Origin: Balanoglossus misakiensis
Lineage: Eukaryota; Animalia; Hemichordata
Reading direction: 5' to 3'
Assembly: GCA_040954595.2 (NCBI GenBank)
Contig: CM082576.2
Coordinates: forward strand, 15,733,028-15,797,027
DNA length: 64,000 nucleotides
Of the stretch, positions 25,652 to 38,095 are shown one piece after another; within the stretch, counting starts at the first letter, position 1, and the number at the start of each line of letters is the position of its first letter. Under the pieces are notes generated by a model. It saw only the letters and a list, made by a program, of their open reading frames with translations. It was not told the origin of the DNA and ran no database searches. Made by a program: the position numbers and the translations under genes.

Positions 25652-25685
<34 letters not shown>
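21331..25685 (+). mobile_element. 5'-truncated L1/Tx1-clade LINE of a second family (end of ORF1, T-rich spacer, ORF2, polyA)
   Basis: TSD AGTAATAACGATAA at 21317-21330 and 25685-25698; polyA 25652-25685; 5' end reads ..LIIDGKVNRRLEAVA*, resembling an ORF1 C-terminus. Confidence 0.95.
21767..25578 (+). CDS. LINE ORF2p (APE + RT + Cys/His domain); one frameshift at the T-run 24337-24341
   Basis: Likely start MTGVCKIDIASYNCNGL; CLQETH, GDYN, SRIDYF, SDH, KSPGLDG, NWRPLTLL, DFEKAFD, GVRQGCPLSP, QYADD; CIFC..EDYYHLFWDC. One extra T restores FNFLWGGKRDKI. Confidence 0.95.
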
Positions 25686-25689
<4 letters not shown>

Positions 25690-25806
25690 TAACGATAATG
25701 CTTGTCTTATATATGACTACAGAATGTAATAAAAACATAACTGCCGGTAGTGAATTACGTCATTGTGTACGTAATTGCTGTATTTTCATTTAAAGAGATG
25801 CATTAA

Positions 25807-26601
25807 GATGGGTCCCTAGGATCTTTTTGCCCGTTGCTATGGGCCTTTATAGGACATTACACCCCGATTTGGACTAAGCCGTTTTCAGAGTCTAACAAGG
25901 GGCTGGTAACTAGTTAAAAATACGCACGATTGTGAGCGCGCGCCCCCTGACGCCATTGATATGCAAATTAGTTAGGTCAAATTTCAAAAGCCTAAGGCTT
26001 TTTATTCCGTGACCTCAAAAACGAACTTGATACGTATTCATTAGTTGCTTGAACCAGGGAAGATCGTGACGGATTTTGTTTTCGAATATTATCGTTGTAT
26101 CCTACGATTTCAGCATACCCGTACCACACCTGAAAAAGTCATCGATTTTGGGTGTTTTTGGACGCACTCTTCCACTGGTATCGCTTCTTAGCACGACGAA
26201 AACCGAAAAAACGATCCGTCACACTATGCGGAAGTGCGTTCTCAACAAGCAGGTCAAATTTGGCTGGCCTACGTCGCCTGTGAAAAAAGCCTTAGGGATT
26301 TTCGTGAACGGTACAAAATCTCTGTGTACAAAACATTGGATTTTTAGCGTTCGATCCAGTTACTGTGGTTACAGGACGCGCACGCTATCGCTGACCGCTG
26401 CTTTGCCGTATTAGCGTGGCGGCCTATGGCCGGGCGGTAGCTGCCGTAAACATACTCAGACAGGGGGTGTGCACACAATCGTGTGTATTTTTAACTAGTT
26501 ACAAGCCCCTTGTCGGACGTTCATAACGGTTTCGATCAAAATTGAGTGTAGTGTCCTATAAAGGCCCATAGCAACGAGCAAAAAGATCCTAGGGACCCAT
26601 C
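25807..26601. mobile_element. Non-autonomous DNA transposon, ~145-bp imperfect TIRs, TTAA TSD (Kolobok-like)
   Basis: TTAA|GATGGGTCCCTAGGATCTTTTTGC ... GCAAAAAGATCCTAGGGACCCATC|TTAA. Confidence 0.9.
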
Positions 26602-27620
26602 TTAACGTACATATATTTATCATACAAGTTCCAAATTGTATTCATTTTATACTTACTTCTTTCCTTGTGCTTATAAATCAATAGCTACAAAGAAGATACC
26701 ACGAGTAGAGAATGTGACTGCGTTTCCAGCTGTGCAGAGTAGTGTCATAATTGAATCCAGGAAATATTGTTCGCTGTTACGTGTACTTTCTTGTGAATAA
26801 AGGCTACAATCAATTGGGTATATGCCGTGTGCAATTTTTCCTTGAAAGTGGCAATTACTTTTAATTGCGCAATTATCACACACAATGAGTTAGGTTGGAT
26901 CGCCACCTGCGTGACCGTCGTAGACCGGGAGAGATGAATGTGCACATTACCACTGTTCGACGTCTCCAGTCGCAAGTATTTTCACTGATACGCAGTAATT
27001 AATCTTTTCGAAAACAAACAAAAGCGAAGTTCCAGAGACAAAACTAAAGCATTTGAATAAAAAGAGATCGACACTGTTGGCAAGTTTAATTTGTTCTTTT
27101 GAATGTTTTACTAGTAAAATGTATCAGGAAGGGGAAAAAACACAATCAAATATTCACTATCAGAAACAGGTGGCCTATGAAAGAGGGCGGTCAGAAGATG
27201 TCCACCAATCTTTCATCCTCAACATTACAATATAGTTCTTTTGATATTACATATCTCACGCATGATCATACACGATACACATTGATGGAAAAAAATTATG
27301 AATATTAATTTAGGTTTCAAACTCAAGATGATACAATAAAGGCACATAATTATTGAGTTTTAGGGCGGCCAAGAAGTCTGCTCCTGAACTGGTAACGGTA
27401 AATCACGACTTGTTGAAAGCATGGTTGCTAGCGTAGTTATTATGGCGTGGTAACACAACTCACGTGACGACCGCATTCTGACTGAACAGTCTTATTCAGT
27501 GAGCTGCATGTACATGGAAGAGAAGCTGTTGCAAGTAAAGTAAACCCGTGATTAACACAACGGGAACTACCGTCCATGCACCAAAGGGGCGCTAGACCAC
27601 CAACATCTCCCCTCCTTTAA

Positions 27621-28238
27621 AGGGGAAATCCGTCGTAGCTGATTTCTACATAATTTGGTAGCTTTGATGTCACTCTTTCAGAAAAAAACATATTCGCCAT
27701 GTATAGGTCGCGCGATTTTTTACAAAATCTAGTGAAAGTTGGCAGAATTTCCAATATGGCGTTTACTGTAATTTGAATCATGGGAAAAAAGCGCCAGGAC
27801 CAACTTCCGCCCACCATGGTGTGGGTGATACCATTCTCCGATAGGTGTCACTGGGCGACAGACTAGACGTATTTTCATAGCTATTGTTTGTTCTTTGCAT
27901 CAGTTGATAAACAATCATCAGCAAAGTCGAAAATTTGTCATCTATTGACAGTTTTCATGAGCTATAACCCATGGAAAATATGCAAATACGCTTAGCTTGT
28001 GACGCAGTGACACCAATCGGAAAATGGTATCACCCACACTAAGGTGGGCGGAAGTTGGTCCTGGCGCTTTTTTCCCCATGATTCAAATTACAGTAAACGC
28101 CATATTGGAAATTCTGCCAACTTTTCCTAGATTTTGAAAAAATCGCGTGACCTATACATGGCGAATATGTTTTTTTTCTGAAAGAGTGACATCAAAGCTA
28201 CCAAATTATGTAGAAATCAGCTACGACGGATTTCCCCT
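27621..28238. mobile_element. MITE with ~230-bp near-perfect TIRs, TTAA TSD (Kolobok-like)
   Basis: TTAA|AGGGGAAATCCGTCGTAGCTG ... CAGCTACGACGGATTTCCCCT|TTAA; arms ~27621-27853 and ~28006-28238. Confidence 0.93.
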
Positions 28239-28314
28239 TTAATGGCGAGAAGAGAAAACGCTTACTAACAAACTTAATCAACACAATAACTTCAATAAGT
28301 TAAAACAGTCCAGA

Positions 28315-28316
<2 letters not shown>

Positions 28317-28345
<29 letters not shown>

Positions 28346-28538
28346 CATACATACATACATACATACATACATACATACATACATACATACATACATACAT
28401 ACATACACACATACATACATACATACACACATACACACATACACACATACATACATACATACATACATACATACATACATACATACATACATACATACAT
28501 ACATACATACATACATACATACATACATACATACATAC
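28317..28538. repeat. Microsatellite (TACA)n
   Basis: Directly visible. Confidence 0.98.
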
Positions 28539-29805
28539 AGCCAATGAAGTAAATAGCCTTATTAACTTTTTCAAGATCATCGCTGGTAGATTGAAAACTG
28601 CTTTTATCACATATTGTGGACTAGATAAGCCTGTGTGTCGCGTTGTCAAATTGTGATTGGTAGTGGCATTTCTAAACATCTTCAAAGGTCAAGTGGTCAA
28701 GCATGTAGTTATTAACAGAGGGGTTATGATCACATCCACACCAGTTGACTATGTAACAGTAATTCGCAGATATTTCTGTGAGTTAGATTTGCCTTAATCC
28801 GCATGGGTATATTCCCTGGACCGCAATTTGAATTTGAATGTGAATAATCATGATCTATGCTTGATGTGGCCTAACTGAGACCAAACTTTCATAATATTTG
28901 CGACATCTCATTAAAAAAGTTTTTTTTCCACCATATTTCCCACACAGATATAATTCATGACATATGTTAGATCAAATGACAATAAAAGTCATTTTCTCAA
29001 AATCTGCAACAGTCCGGCCTTATTAAATTTGTATAGACTTAATTATCATAATGTGCTTTAATACATCGGGTACCATGCTGGGTAAGCAGATGGCAGGTAT
29101 AATATGCTTTGATTCTTGGCTAAGAACATTAAGTGACCAGGCAAATGCCCTTTTCTTCAGGCAAAACTGTATGAAATGTAGACTCGAACAAAGAACAGAC
29201 CATAGTTTTGAAGCTTAATTTCACCATGATCTTCATATGGTAAAACTCTCCGTAATTTAGGATTCAATCAGAGAAATTTAAGAACGTATGTTTCGTAGCT
29301 CAATTTCATCAGAGATTATAAATCTCCAGGATTCATTTCAAACTATTGGCCATGTGGTGTATACTATAAATTGACAGACTGTATCATGTATTTCTTACAA
29401 CCATATAACCTTCCCCGGCGATTTGGTTTAAGAAGACATCTACAGCTATTTCAGGTAAGAAATCATGATTTCATTTGCTGGACGGATTCTATCAGTTTTC
29501 AGTTTATATTGAAAATTTTCAAGCTACTTTATTGCAATACACACAAATGGTATGTACTGCTTGGCGTGTTTCTATGTTTGTGTGCTTCCTTTAATGTTGT
29601 CCTTAAAGTAAAATGGCCCTGGTAAGATATTATACATGTTTGTCGATTTTAAAACTGCGTTTGTAAATTGAAGATTGCATCTAAAGAATTAACTAGCTGA
29701 AATTTAGAAATCTATCAGCGAATTCCTTAATACGTCATGATTTCTGTTGATATTATTATGATCATCAAACACTTTCTCTGCTGTTTATCTCTCAGAAAGA
29801 ACGCG

Positions 29806-32269
29806 ATGGATTGGATCATCTGTTTCCTGATTGTGTGTGCCCTTTATGTATCTGTCGCTGAATCAGGAACTGTATGTCATTATTCACATTACCTTTGCAA
29901 TAATTGGCAATAATGTCCTCTTTACTACCATCATCAAAGTAGCACGTATCGGATATGACTGCATGAAAATGTTTCAAACACCTGACCAAACTGTCACTAT
30001 ACTACAACATTAAATAATGATAAATTCACACACATTCGCTAACATAAATAGGAACGTAGAATTAAAACGATTGTAATTCTAATATCATCTTTTTTTCAAT
30101 ACTATATTTGATAATTTATTAATATTGTCATCTCCTTTTAGTACAGCTAGTGCTCTTGGCTGTTTTACGAGTAACTACTGATATTTGAACTTGCAGCATT
30201 GGTGTAGTGGAAGTAGTCCTAACGTAAGTATTTTTGCCTTTTAATTTTTTTGCAATATAATGTAAAAGAACTCAATGACCTCTGCACACCAGCTGTGGTG
30301 TACATACTTTTTTCTTGACTATGGCGTTATGTTCTGCACCAATATTTTTTATGATTGCAGCGAGTGAAATTGTAGTAGAATATTCTTCATCGATATCTGG
30401 CGATTTTCTTAAATTTCGTGGTTCCCAAATATTGTGACATCTGTTGTTTTTTCTTCTGTTGAAAGTCTCACTGGATTATAAAATGATGTGCCAAAAAGTC
30501 TAAAGTATCTGAACATTTCGCCTATTACAAGGGGGTTATTGCTTAATTAAATTGTTGCCCACATGAGTACAGTGTGCACAGAGTAATTCATCAGACAAAC
30601 ATCAGAAAATGCTATATGTCATAATGTATGAAGTTTAAACTGTATTTATCATGGTGGCAAACAGAATTGAAAATTTAGCTAAGATGTCGTTATCTTTTAG
30701 TATTGTTTACTGAACCATAGAAATAGCTTTATATTTACTACACTAACTGTATTCAATGACAACCTGAAAGCTAAACACAAATGGCCATCATGAAACTGGT
30801 GTGGACCACTTAATTTTTATGCAACATTGATGTTACTTTATTTTCTTCCTTTTGAACTATACTGAGACAGGATCGAGGTGAGAGGAGATTTCTTTACGTA
30901 ATTCCAACTTTCGTTTTTCTCCAAAGCATACAAAAGTGGTGTTTAGATTGAAGCTATATAAATTAATTGGCACATATCGTTCTAAGATGTGTAGAACAGA
31001 AAATACCCTCAAGGAAGTTATTCAAGAGTTACTTTTTGTACTCGAAGATGTTTGTTTGCTTTGATGCTCATTTTTGTCATCTCATATGTCACCGAATTGA
31101 AAGTATGATGTTGCTCAAACTGTTTTTTATTGATGTTGATTAAAACTTGGCTACAATGCACCATTATAAACCCCTGTATAATGAATGTACATCACAATGT
31201 TGTCAATTGTGTACTGACGTATGCCTCCATATATATTACCATAGGCACCATGCACCACTCTTAAAACCAAAGATGACTGTATGTGCATCAAGTATACATA
31301 TTTCTGTCAACAACCTGATGGTGAGTACTACGAGGACGCCGACAATTTCTGCAAAATGAAATGTCAGCTGGGAGGGACATTTGGCAGACTTGCAGTTCTC
31401 AACAATCAAGAACGCTATGAGCATGTGCTGAACTATATCATCGATAACCAACTGGACAACGAGGATTGTATTCCAAACCACGGCTTCTGGATCGGTCTGA
31501 CCGATCGCTCAACTGAAGGCAACTTCATCTGGGCTGATGGTGAGGCCTTGTGCCCAGGTGAATTTAGTGCCTGGGCTCCCGGGGAACCCGATAACAACAC
31601 CAAAAACTCCACAGAGGGACAAGACTGTGTTCAATTATGGTAAGAGATCTCTATGATATAATAACTATGATGTTATTTTATAGTTTCAGTCATATGATGT
31701 TGGTTATTTCTGATTTTGTACATTTTATACAAATTTCTTAGTTTTAATGAAATTATGCCAAATATATTAGTCTAAAATAATTCCCTTATACTTATTAGAC
31801 AGCAAGTATAGAACTTTTGCTTATTCTGTGTTTAAACCTATATTTGGCATATAAGTGGTCATGAACTTTGTTACTCCTACAGGTTTCGATTTGGTCACAG
31901 TGGCTTATGGGATGATGAATATTGTTCTGTACGATCAAAGGGTTTTATATGTGAAATTCAAGGTGAGAATACGAAATCTCTTACACTTGCATCATGTGTA
32001 TACAGTGTATGGATTTTAGGCTGGCAGTTAAGCCGTATATATTTTCACAGATGTGCTTTTTTAAGTGACTGCGTGTGTGTGCCTGTGCGCGTGTGTGCAT
32101 GTGTGTGTGTGAATATCAAGGAAGATTCAGAAATATGATGATTGCGTCAAGCTTCGTGCAGTCTCAGGAAGAATCGTTGCTTTATGTATACTTGTAACGT
32201 TTACTATATTCATACGAACTTTGCAATTATTTGTTTACAGATCCAGGTTGCACCTCTTATGGCAAGTAA
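29806..32269 (+). CDS. Secreted C-type lectin, copy 1 (intact, ~198 aa, EPD/WDD motifs)
   Basis: Exons 29806-29871 (signal peptide MDWIICFLIVCALYVSVAESGT), 30197-30223, 31245-31639 (..GRLAVL..FWIGLTDRSTEGNFIWADG..WAPGEPD..DCV), 31883-31962 (WDDEYC..FICE), 32241-32269; all phases match; AATAAA at ~32461. Confidence 0.92.
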
Positions 32270-32984
32270 AGCAAAGGACAAGGCAGAATTCTTCATGGAG
32301 GAAACCAGTGTGACAACTAGCCAGTCAAATATATGATTTGAGTTTAGACAACTTATTTGCAATAGCATGCAAATATTACAATTCATTATATTAGATGGAG
32401 CAGAACTTACATTTTAGTGAAGGATTACCCAGAAGTTTGTCGATTTAGAATTCTATTAGAAATAAAGTATAAATTAACTGCAGATCAGGCTTCATTTATT
32501 TGTAAGCATATATCAGGTTTTTCTGTTGAATGAGAACTTTGCATGGACCCTCCATCAGACATGAGAACAATTCGAATTAGGCCTATTATACTTATAGACA
32601 ACCAAGCAATATCTTACACACTATTTTAGGTAAAACTGAATTAAAAGTCAAATATTCACATTACATTGCAATTTGAATAATCATGATTACTGGTTGATGT
32701 GGCCACACTGAGACCACACTTCCATAAAATGTGCCACATCTAACTAACAATGTAAGTTTTCCCACCATATTTGCCATAGTTCCTGCATATTCACGAAAAT
32801 CAAAAGTAAGAATGAATGACAATAAAAGTTATAAACCTTAGGATATTCCCGAATTAACGGAGAATATAAAACAAATCTTGCTTCGAGTCTGACATTTTCA
32901 CCATTGCGTACATGTATATAGTCTTACCATAATGAACTTTTATATGGCAGGTATATGTTTTGATTCACGTGGCAATTGCATTAA

Positions 32985-33169
32985 AGGTATACGGTCACCA
33001 ATGGCAAATTAGCTATAGTAACCATGGCAAATTGAGATATATTCAATCATAGATTTTCAGTGGGTGGCACACGCGAAAAAAAGAGCGCCACCATATGTTC
33101 TTCAGAACGCTTAAATTCTCCTTTCCAGCCATATGTGGGCGTATGTAATTTGGAGGTGACTGTATACCT
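32985..33169. mobile_element. ~185-bp TTAA MITE (AGGTATAC..GTATACCT), copy a
   Basis: TIR AGGTATACGGTCACC / GGTGACTGTATACCT, TTAA on both sides; empty paralogous site at 45944-45947. Confidence 0.92.
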
Positions 33170-33879
33170 TTAAGTGGCCAGACAAACATGATTTTTCTTC
33201 AAGCATAACTCTCTGGAAGAAACACACCTATAACAATGTACACATCTAACAAAGAAAATGCCTTATGTTTTGAAGCTTAATTTCATCAGGATTTTCATAG
33301 GAAAATCTCTTGCTTATTTAATATTCTAACAGAGAAAAAACCTTATGTTTTAAAGATTTATTTCATTGTGCGTTAAAATCTCCAGGATTCATTTCTAACT
33401 ATTGGCCATGTGATGTATACTATAAATTAACAGACTGTATCATGTATTTCTTACTACCACATAACCTTCCCCGGCGATTTGTCTAAGAAGACTTCTACAG
33501 CTATTTCAGGTAAGAAATCATGATTTTATTTGCTGGACATATTCTCTTAGTTGTCAGTTTATATTGAAAATTTGCAAGCTACTTTATTGCAATACACACC
33601 TATGTTATAATGTTCAAATGGTATAACTGTTTGGCGTGTTTCTATTTTTGTGTGCTTCCTTCAATGTTGCCCTTAAAGTAAAATGTCCCTGGTAAGATAT
33701 TATACATGTCTGTCGATTTTAAAACTAAGTTTGTAAATTGAAGATTACATCTAAAGAATTAACTGGCTGAAATTAAGAAATCTATCAGCGAATTCCTTAA
33801 TCCAGCATGATTAATTTCTGTTGATATTGTTATGATCCTCAAACACTTTCTCTGCTGTTTATCTCTCAGAAAGAACGCG

Positions 33880-36480
33880 ATGTATTGGATCAACTGTTTC
33901 CTCATTTTGTGTGCCCTTTATGTACCTGTCGCCGAATCAGGTCAAGTATGTCAGTGTTCACATTACCTTTGCAATAATTGACAGTAATGTCCTCTTTACT
34001 ACCATCATCAAAGTAGCACGTATCGGATATGACTGCAAGAAAATGTTTCAAACATCTGAACAAACTGTCACTATACTACGACATAAAATAATGATAAATT
34101 TACACACATTCGCTAACATAAATAGGTACGTTAAATGAAAACGATTGTAATTCTAATACCATCTTTTTAAAACAAAATCTCTGATCATTTATTAATATTA
34201 TCATCTCATTTTAGTACAGCTAGTGCTTTTGGGTGTTTTAAAAGTAACTAATGATATTTTAACTTGCAGGATTGGTGTAGTGGAAGTAATCCTAATGTAA
34301 GTTTTATTTCGTTGTAATATTTTGCAATATAATGTGACAGAACTCTTTGACCTCTGCACACCATCTGTGCTGTACATAGATTTTTTCTTGACTATGGCGT
34401 TATTTTCTGCACCAATATTTTCATGATTGCAGCGAGTGAAATTGCAGTAGAATATTCTTCACCGCATTTAGGATTTTGATTCGACAACACATGCGATATC
34501 CGGCGATTTTCGTAAATTTTGAGGTTCCCAAATATAGTGACAACTGATTGTTTTTGTCTTCTGCTGAATGTCGGAATGGATTATGAAATGATGTGCCAAA
34601 ACGTCTAAAGTATCTGAACATTTCGCCAATTATAATGCTAAGTTCTAGCGTTTATGGTATATATATACTGTGTTTAAAAGTTACTATTCCCTCTTCTTCA
34701 TATCTACATATGCACTCGAACATGAAATACCTATTAAATTATTGACTACATGACTATAGTGTGCACAGAGTAATTCATCAGACAAACATCAGAAAATGTT
34801 ATATGTTATAATGAATGCAGTTTTAAACTATATTTATCATGGTGGCAAACATAATTGAAAATTCAGCGAAGATATCATCGTCATATTTTGGTATTGTCTT
34901 TATGACCATATGGAAATGGATTTATGTTTACCCATTACCTGTTTTGAATGACAAACTTAAAGTTAAACCCAAATGGCTATTATGACACTGGTGTGGGGCA
35001 ATAATTTTTTTTATTCAACATTCATGTTACTTTATTTTCTTTGTTTTGTACTATGCTGAGACAGTATCGAGGTGAGACGAGATTTCTTTACATATTTCCA
35101 ACTTTCGTTTCTTTCCAAGGCATACAAAAATTGGTGTTTCAATCGAAGCTATATCAATTTGCACTTATTGTTGCTATCGTTCTGAGATGTGTAGAACAGA
35201 AATTACCCTCAAGGAAGTTATTCAAGAGTTACTTTTTGTACTCGAAGATGTTTGTTTGCTTTGATGCTCATTTTTGTCATCTCTAATGTCACCGAATTTA
35301 AAGTATGATGTTGCTCAAACTGCTTTTTATTGATGTTGATTTAAACTAGGCTACAATGCACCATTTATATTGGACATAAACCCCTGTATTATGAATGTAC
35401 ATTACAATGTTGTCAATTGTGTACTGACGTATGCCTCCATATATATTACAATAGGCACCACCACTCTTAAAACCAAAGATGACTGTATGTGCATCAAGTA
35501 TACATATTTCTGTCAACAACCTAATGGTGAGTACTACGAGGACGCCGACAATTTCTGCAAAACGAAATGTCAGCTGGGAGGGACATTGGGCAGACTCGCA
35601 ATTCTCAACAATCAAGAACGCTATGAGCATGTGCTGAACTATATCATCGATAACCAACTGGACAACGAGGATTGTATTCCAAACCACGGCTTCTGGATCG
35701 GTCTGACCGATCGCTCAACTGAAGGAAGCTTCATCTGGGCTGATGGTGAGGCCTTGTGCCCGGGTGAATTTAGTGCCTGGGCTCCCGGAGAACCCAATAA
35801 CAACACCAAAAAGTCCACAGAGGGACAAGATTGTGTTCAATTATGGTAAGAGAACTCTATGATATAATAACTATGATGTTATTTTATAGTTTCAGTCATA
35901 TGATGTTGGTTATTACTGATTTTGTACATTTTATACAAATTTCTTAGTTTTAATGAAGTTATGCCAAATATATTAGTCTAAAATAATTCCCTTATACTTA
36001 TTAGACAGCAAGTATAGAACTTCTGCATATTCTGTGTTTAAACCTATATTTGGCATATAAGTGGTCATGAACTTTGTTATTCCTACAGGTTTCGATTTGG
36101 TCACAGTGGCTTATGGGATGATGAATATTGTTCTGTACGATCAAAGGGTTTCATATGTGAAATTCAAGGTGAGAATACGAAATCTCTTACACTTGCATCA
36201 TGTGTATACAGTGTATGGATTTTAGGCTGGCAGTTAAGCCGTATATATTTTCACAGATGTGCTTTTTTTAAGTGACTGCGTGTGTGTGCCTGTGCGCGTG
36301 TGTGCATGTGTGTGTGTGTGTGAATATCAAGGAAGATTCAGAAATCTGATGATTGCGTCAAGCTTCGTGCAGTCTCAGGAAGAATCGTTGCTTTATGCAT
36401 ACTTGTAACGTTTACTATATTCATACGAACTTTGCAATTATTTGTTTACAGATCCAGGTTGCTTCTCTTATGGCAAGTAA
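33880..36480 (+). pseudogene. C-type lectin copy 2 (EPN); frameshifted under copy-1 splicing, possibly rescued by alternative splicing
   Basis: Same exons as copy 1, but the main exon (starts 35455) lacks 4 bp (GCACCA-CCACT vs GCACCATGCACCACT), giving phase 1; lectin domain otherwise open. Confidence 0.7.
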
Positions 36481-37195
36481 AGCAAAGGACAAGGCAGAAT
36501 TCTTCATGGAGGAAACCAGTGTGACAACTAGCCAGTCAAATATATGATTTGAGTTTAGACAACTTATTTGCAATAGCATGCAAATATTGCAATTCATTAT
36601 ATTAGATGGAGCAGAACTTACATTTTAGTGAAGGATTACCCAGAAGTTTGTCGATTTAGAATTCTATTAGAAATAAAGTATAAATTAACTGCAGATCAGG
36701 CTTCATTTATTTGTAAGCATATATCAGGTTTTTCTGTTGAATGAGAACTTTGCATGGACCCTCCATCAGTTATGAGAACAATTCGAATTAGGCCTATTAT
36801 ACTTATAGACAACCAAGCAATATCTTACACACTATTTTAGGTAAAACTGAATTAAAAGTCAAATATTCACATTACATTGCAATTTGAATAATCATGATTA
36901 CTGGTTGATGTGGCCACACTGAGACCACACTTCCATAAAATGTGCCACATCTAACTAACAATGTAAGTTTTCCCACCATATTTGCCATAGTTCCTGCATA
37001 CTCACGAAAATCAAAAGCAAGAATGAATGACAATAAAAGTTATAAACCTTAGGATATTCCCGAATTAACGGAGAATATAAAACAAGTCTTGCTTCGAGTC
37101 TGACGTTATCACCATTGCGTACATGTATATAGTCTTACCATAATGAACTTTTATATGGCAGGTATATGTTTTGATTCACGTGGCAATTGCATTTA

Positions 37196-37386
37196 AGGTA
37201 TACGGTCACCAATGGCAAATTAGCTATAGAAACCATGGCAAATTGAGATATACATGTATTCAATCATAGATTTTCAGTGGGTGGCACACGCGAAAAATAG
37301 AGCGCCACCATATGTTCTTCAGAACGCTTAAATTCTCCTTTCCAGCCATATGTGGGCGTATGTAATTTGGAGGTGACTGTATACCT
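37196..37386. mobile_element. TTAA MITE, copy b (co-duplicated with the array)
   Basis: Same sequence and same insertion site as 32985-33169; left TSD reads TTTA. Confidence 0.9.
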
Positions 37387-38095
37387 TTAAGTGGCCAGAC
37401 AAACATGATTTTTCTTCAGGCATAACTCTCTGGAACAAACACACCTAACAATGTACTCATCTAACAAAGAAAATGCCTTATGTTTTGAAGCTTAATTTCA
37501 TCAGGATTTTCATAGGAAAATCTCTTGCTTATTTAATATTCTAACAGAGAAAAAACCTTATGTTTTAAAGATTTATTTCATTGTGCGTTAAAATCTCCAG
37601 GATTCATTTCTAACTATTGGCCATGTGATGTATACTATAAATTAACAGACTGTATCATGTATTTCTTACTACCACATAACCTTCCCCGGCGATTTGTCTA
37701 AGAAGACTTCTACAGCTATTTCAGGTAAGAAATCATGATTTTATTTGCTGGACATATTCTCTTAGTTGTCAGTTTATATTGAAAATTTGCAAGCTACTTT
37801 ATTGCAATACACACCTATGTTATAATGTTCAAATGGTATGTACTGTTTGGCGTGTTTCTATTTTTGTGTGCTTCCTTCAATGTTGCCCTTAAAGTAAAAT
37901 GGCCCTGGTAAGATATTATACATGTCTGTCGATTTTAAAACTAAGTTTGTAAATTGAAGATTACATCTAAAGAATTAACTGGCTGAAATTAAGAAATCTA
38001 TCAGCGAATTCCTTAATCCAGCATGATTAATTTCTGTTGATATTGTTATGATCCTCAAACACTTTCTCTGCTGTTTATCTCTCAGAAAGAACGCG

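Noticed and set aside
15379-25698. Single composite bidirectional retroelement
   Set aside because: Each LINE has its own TSD and no shared TSD or terminal repeat encloses both.
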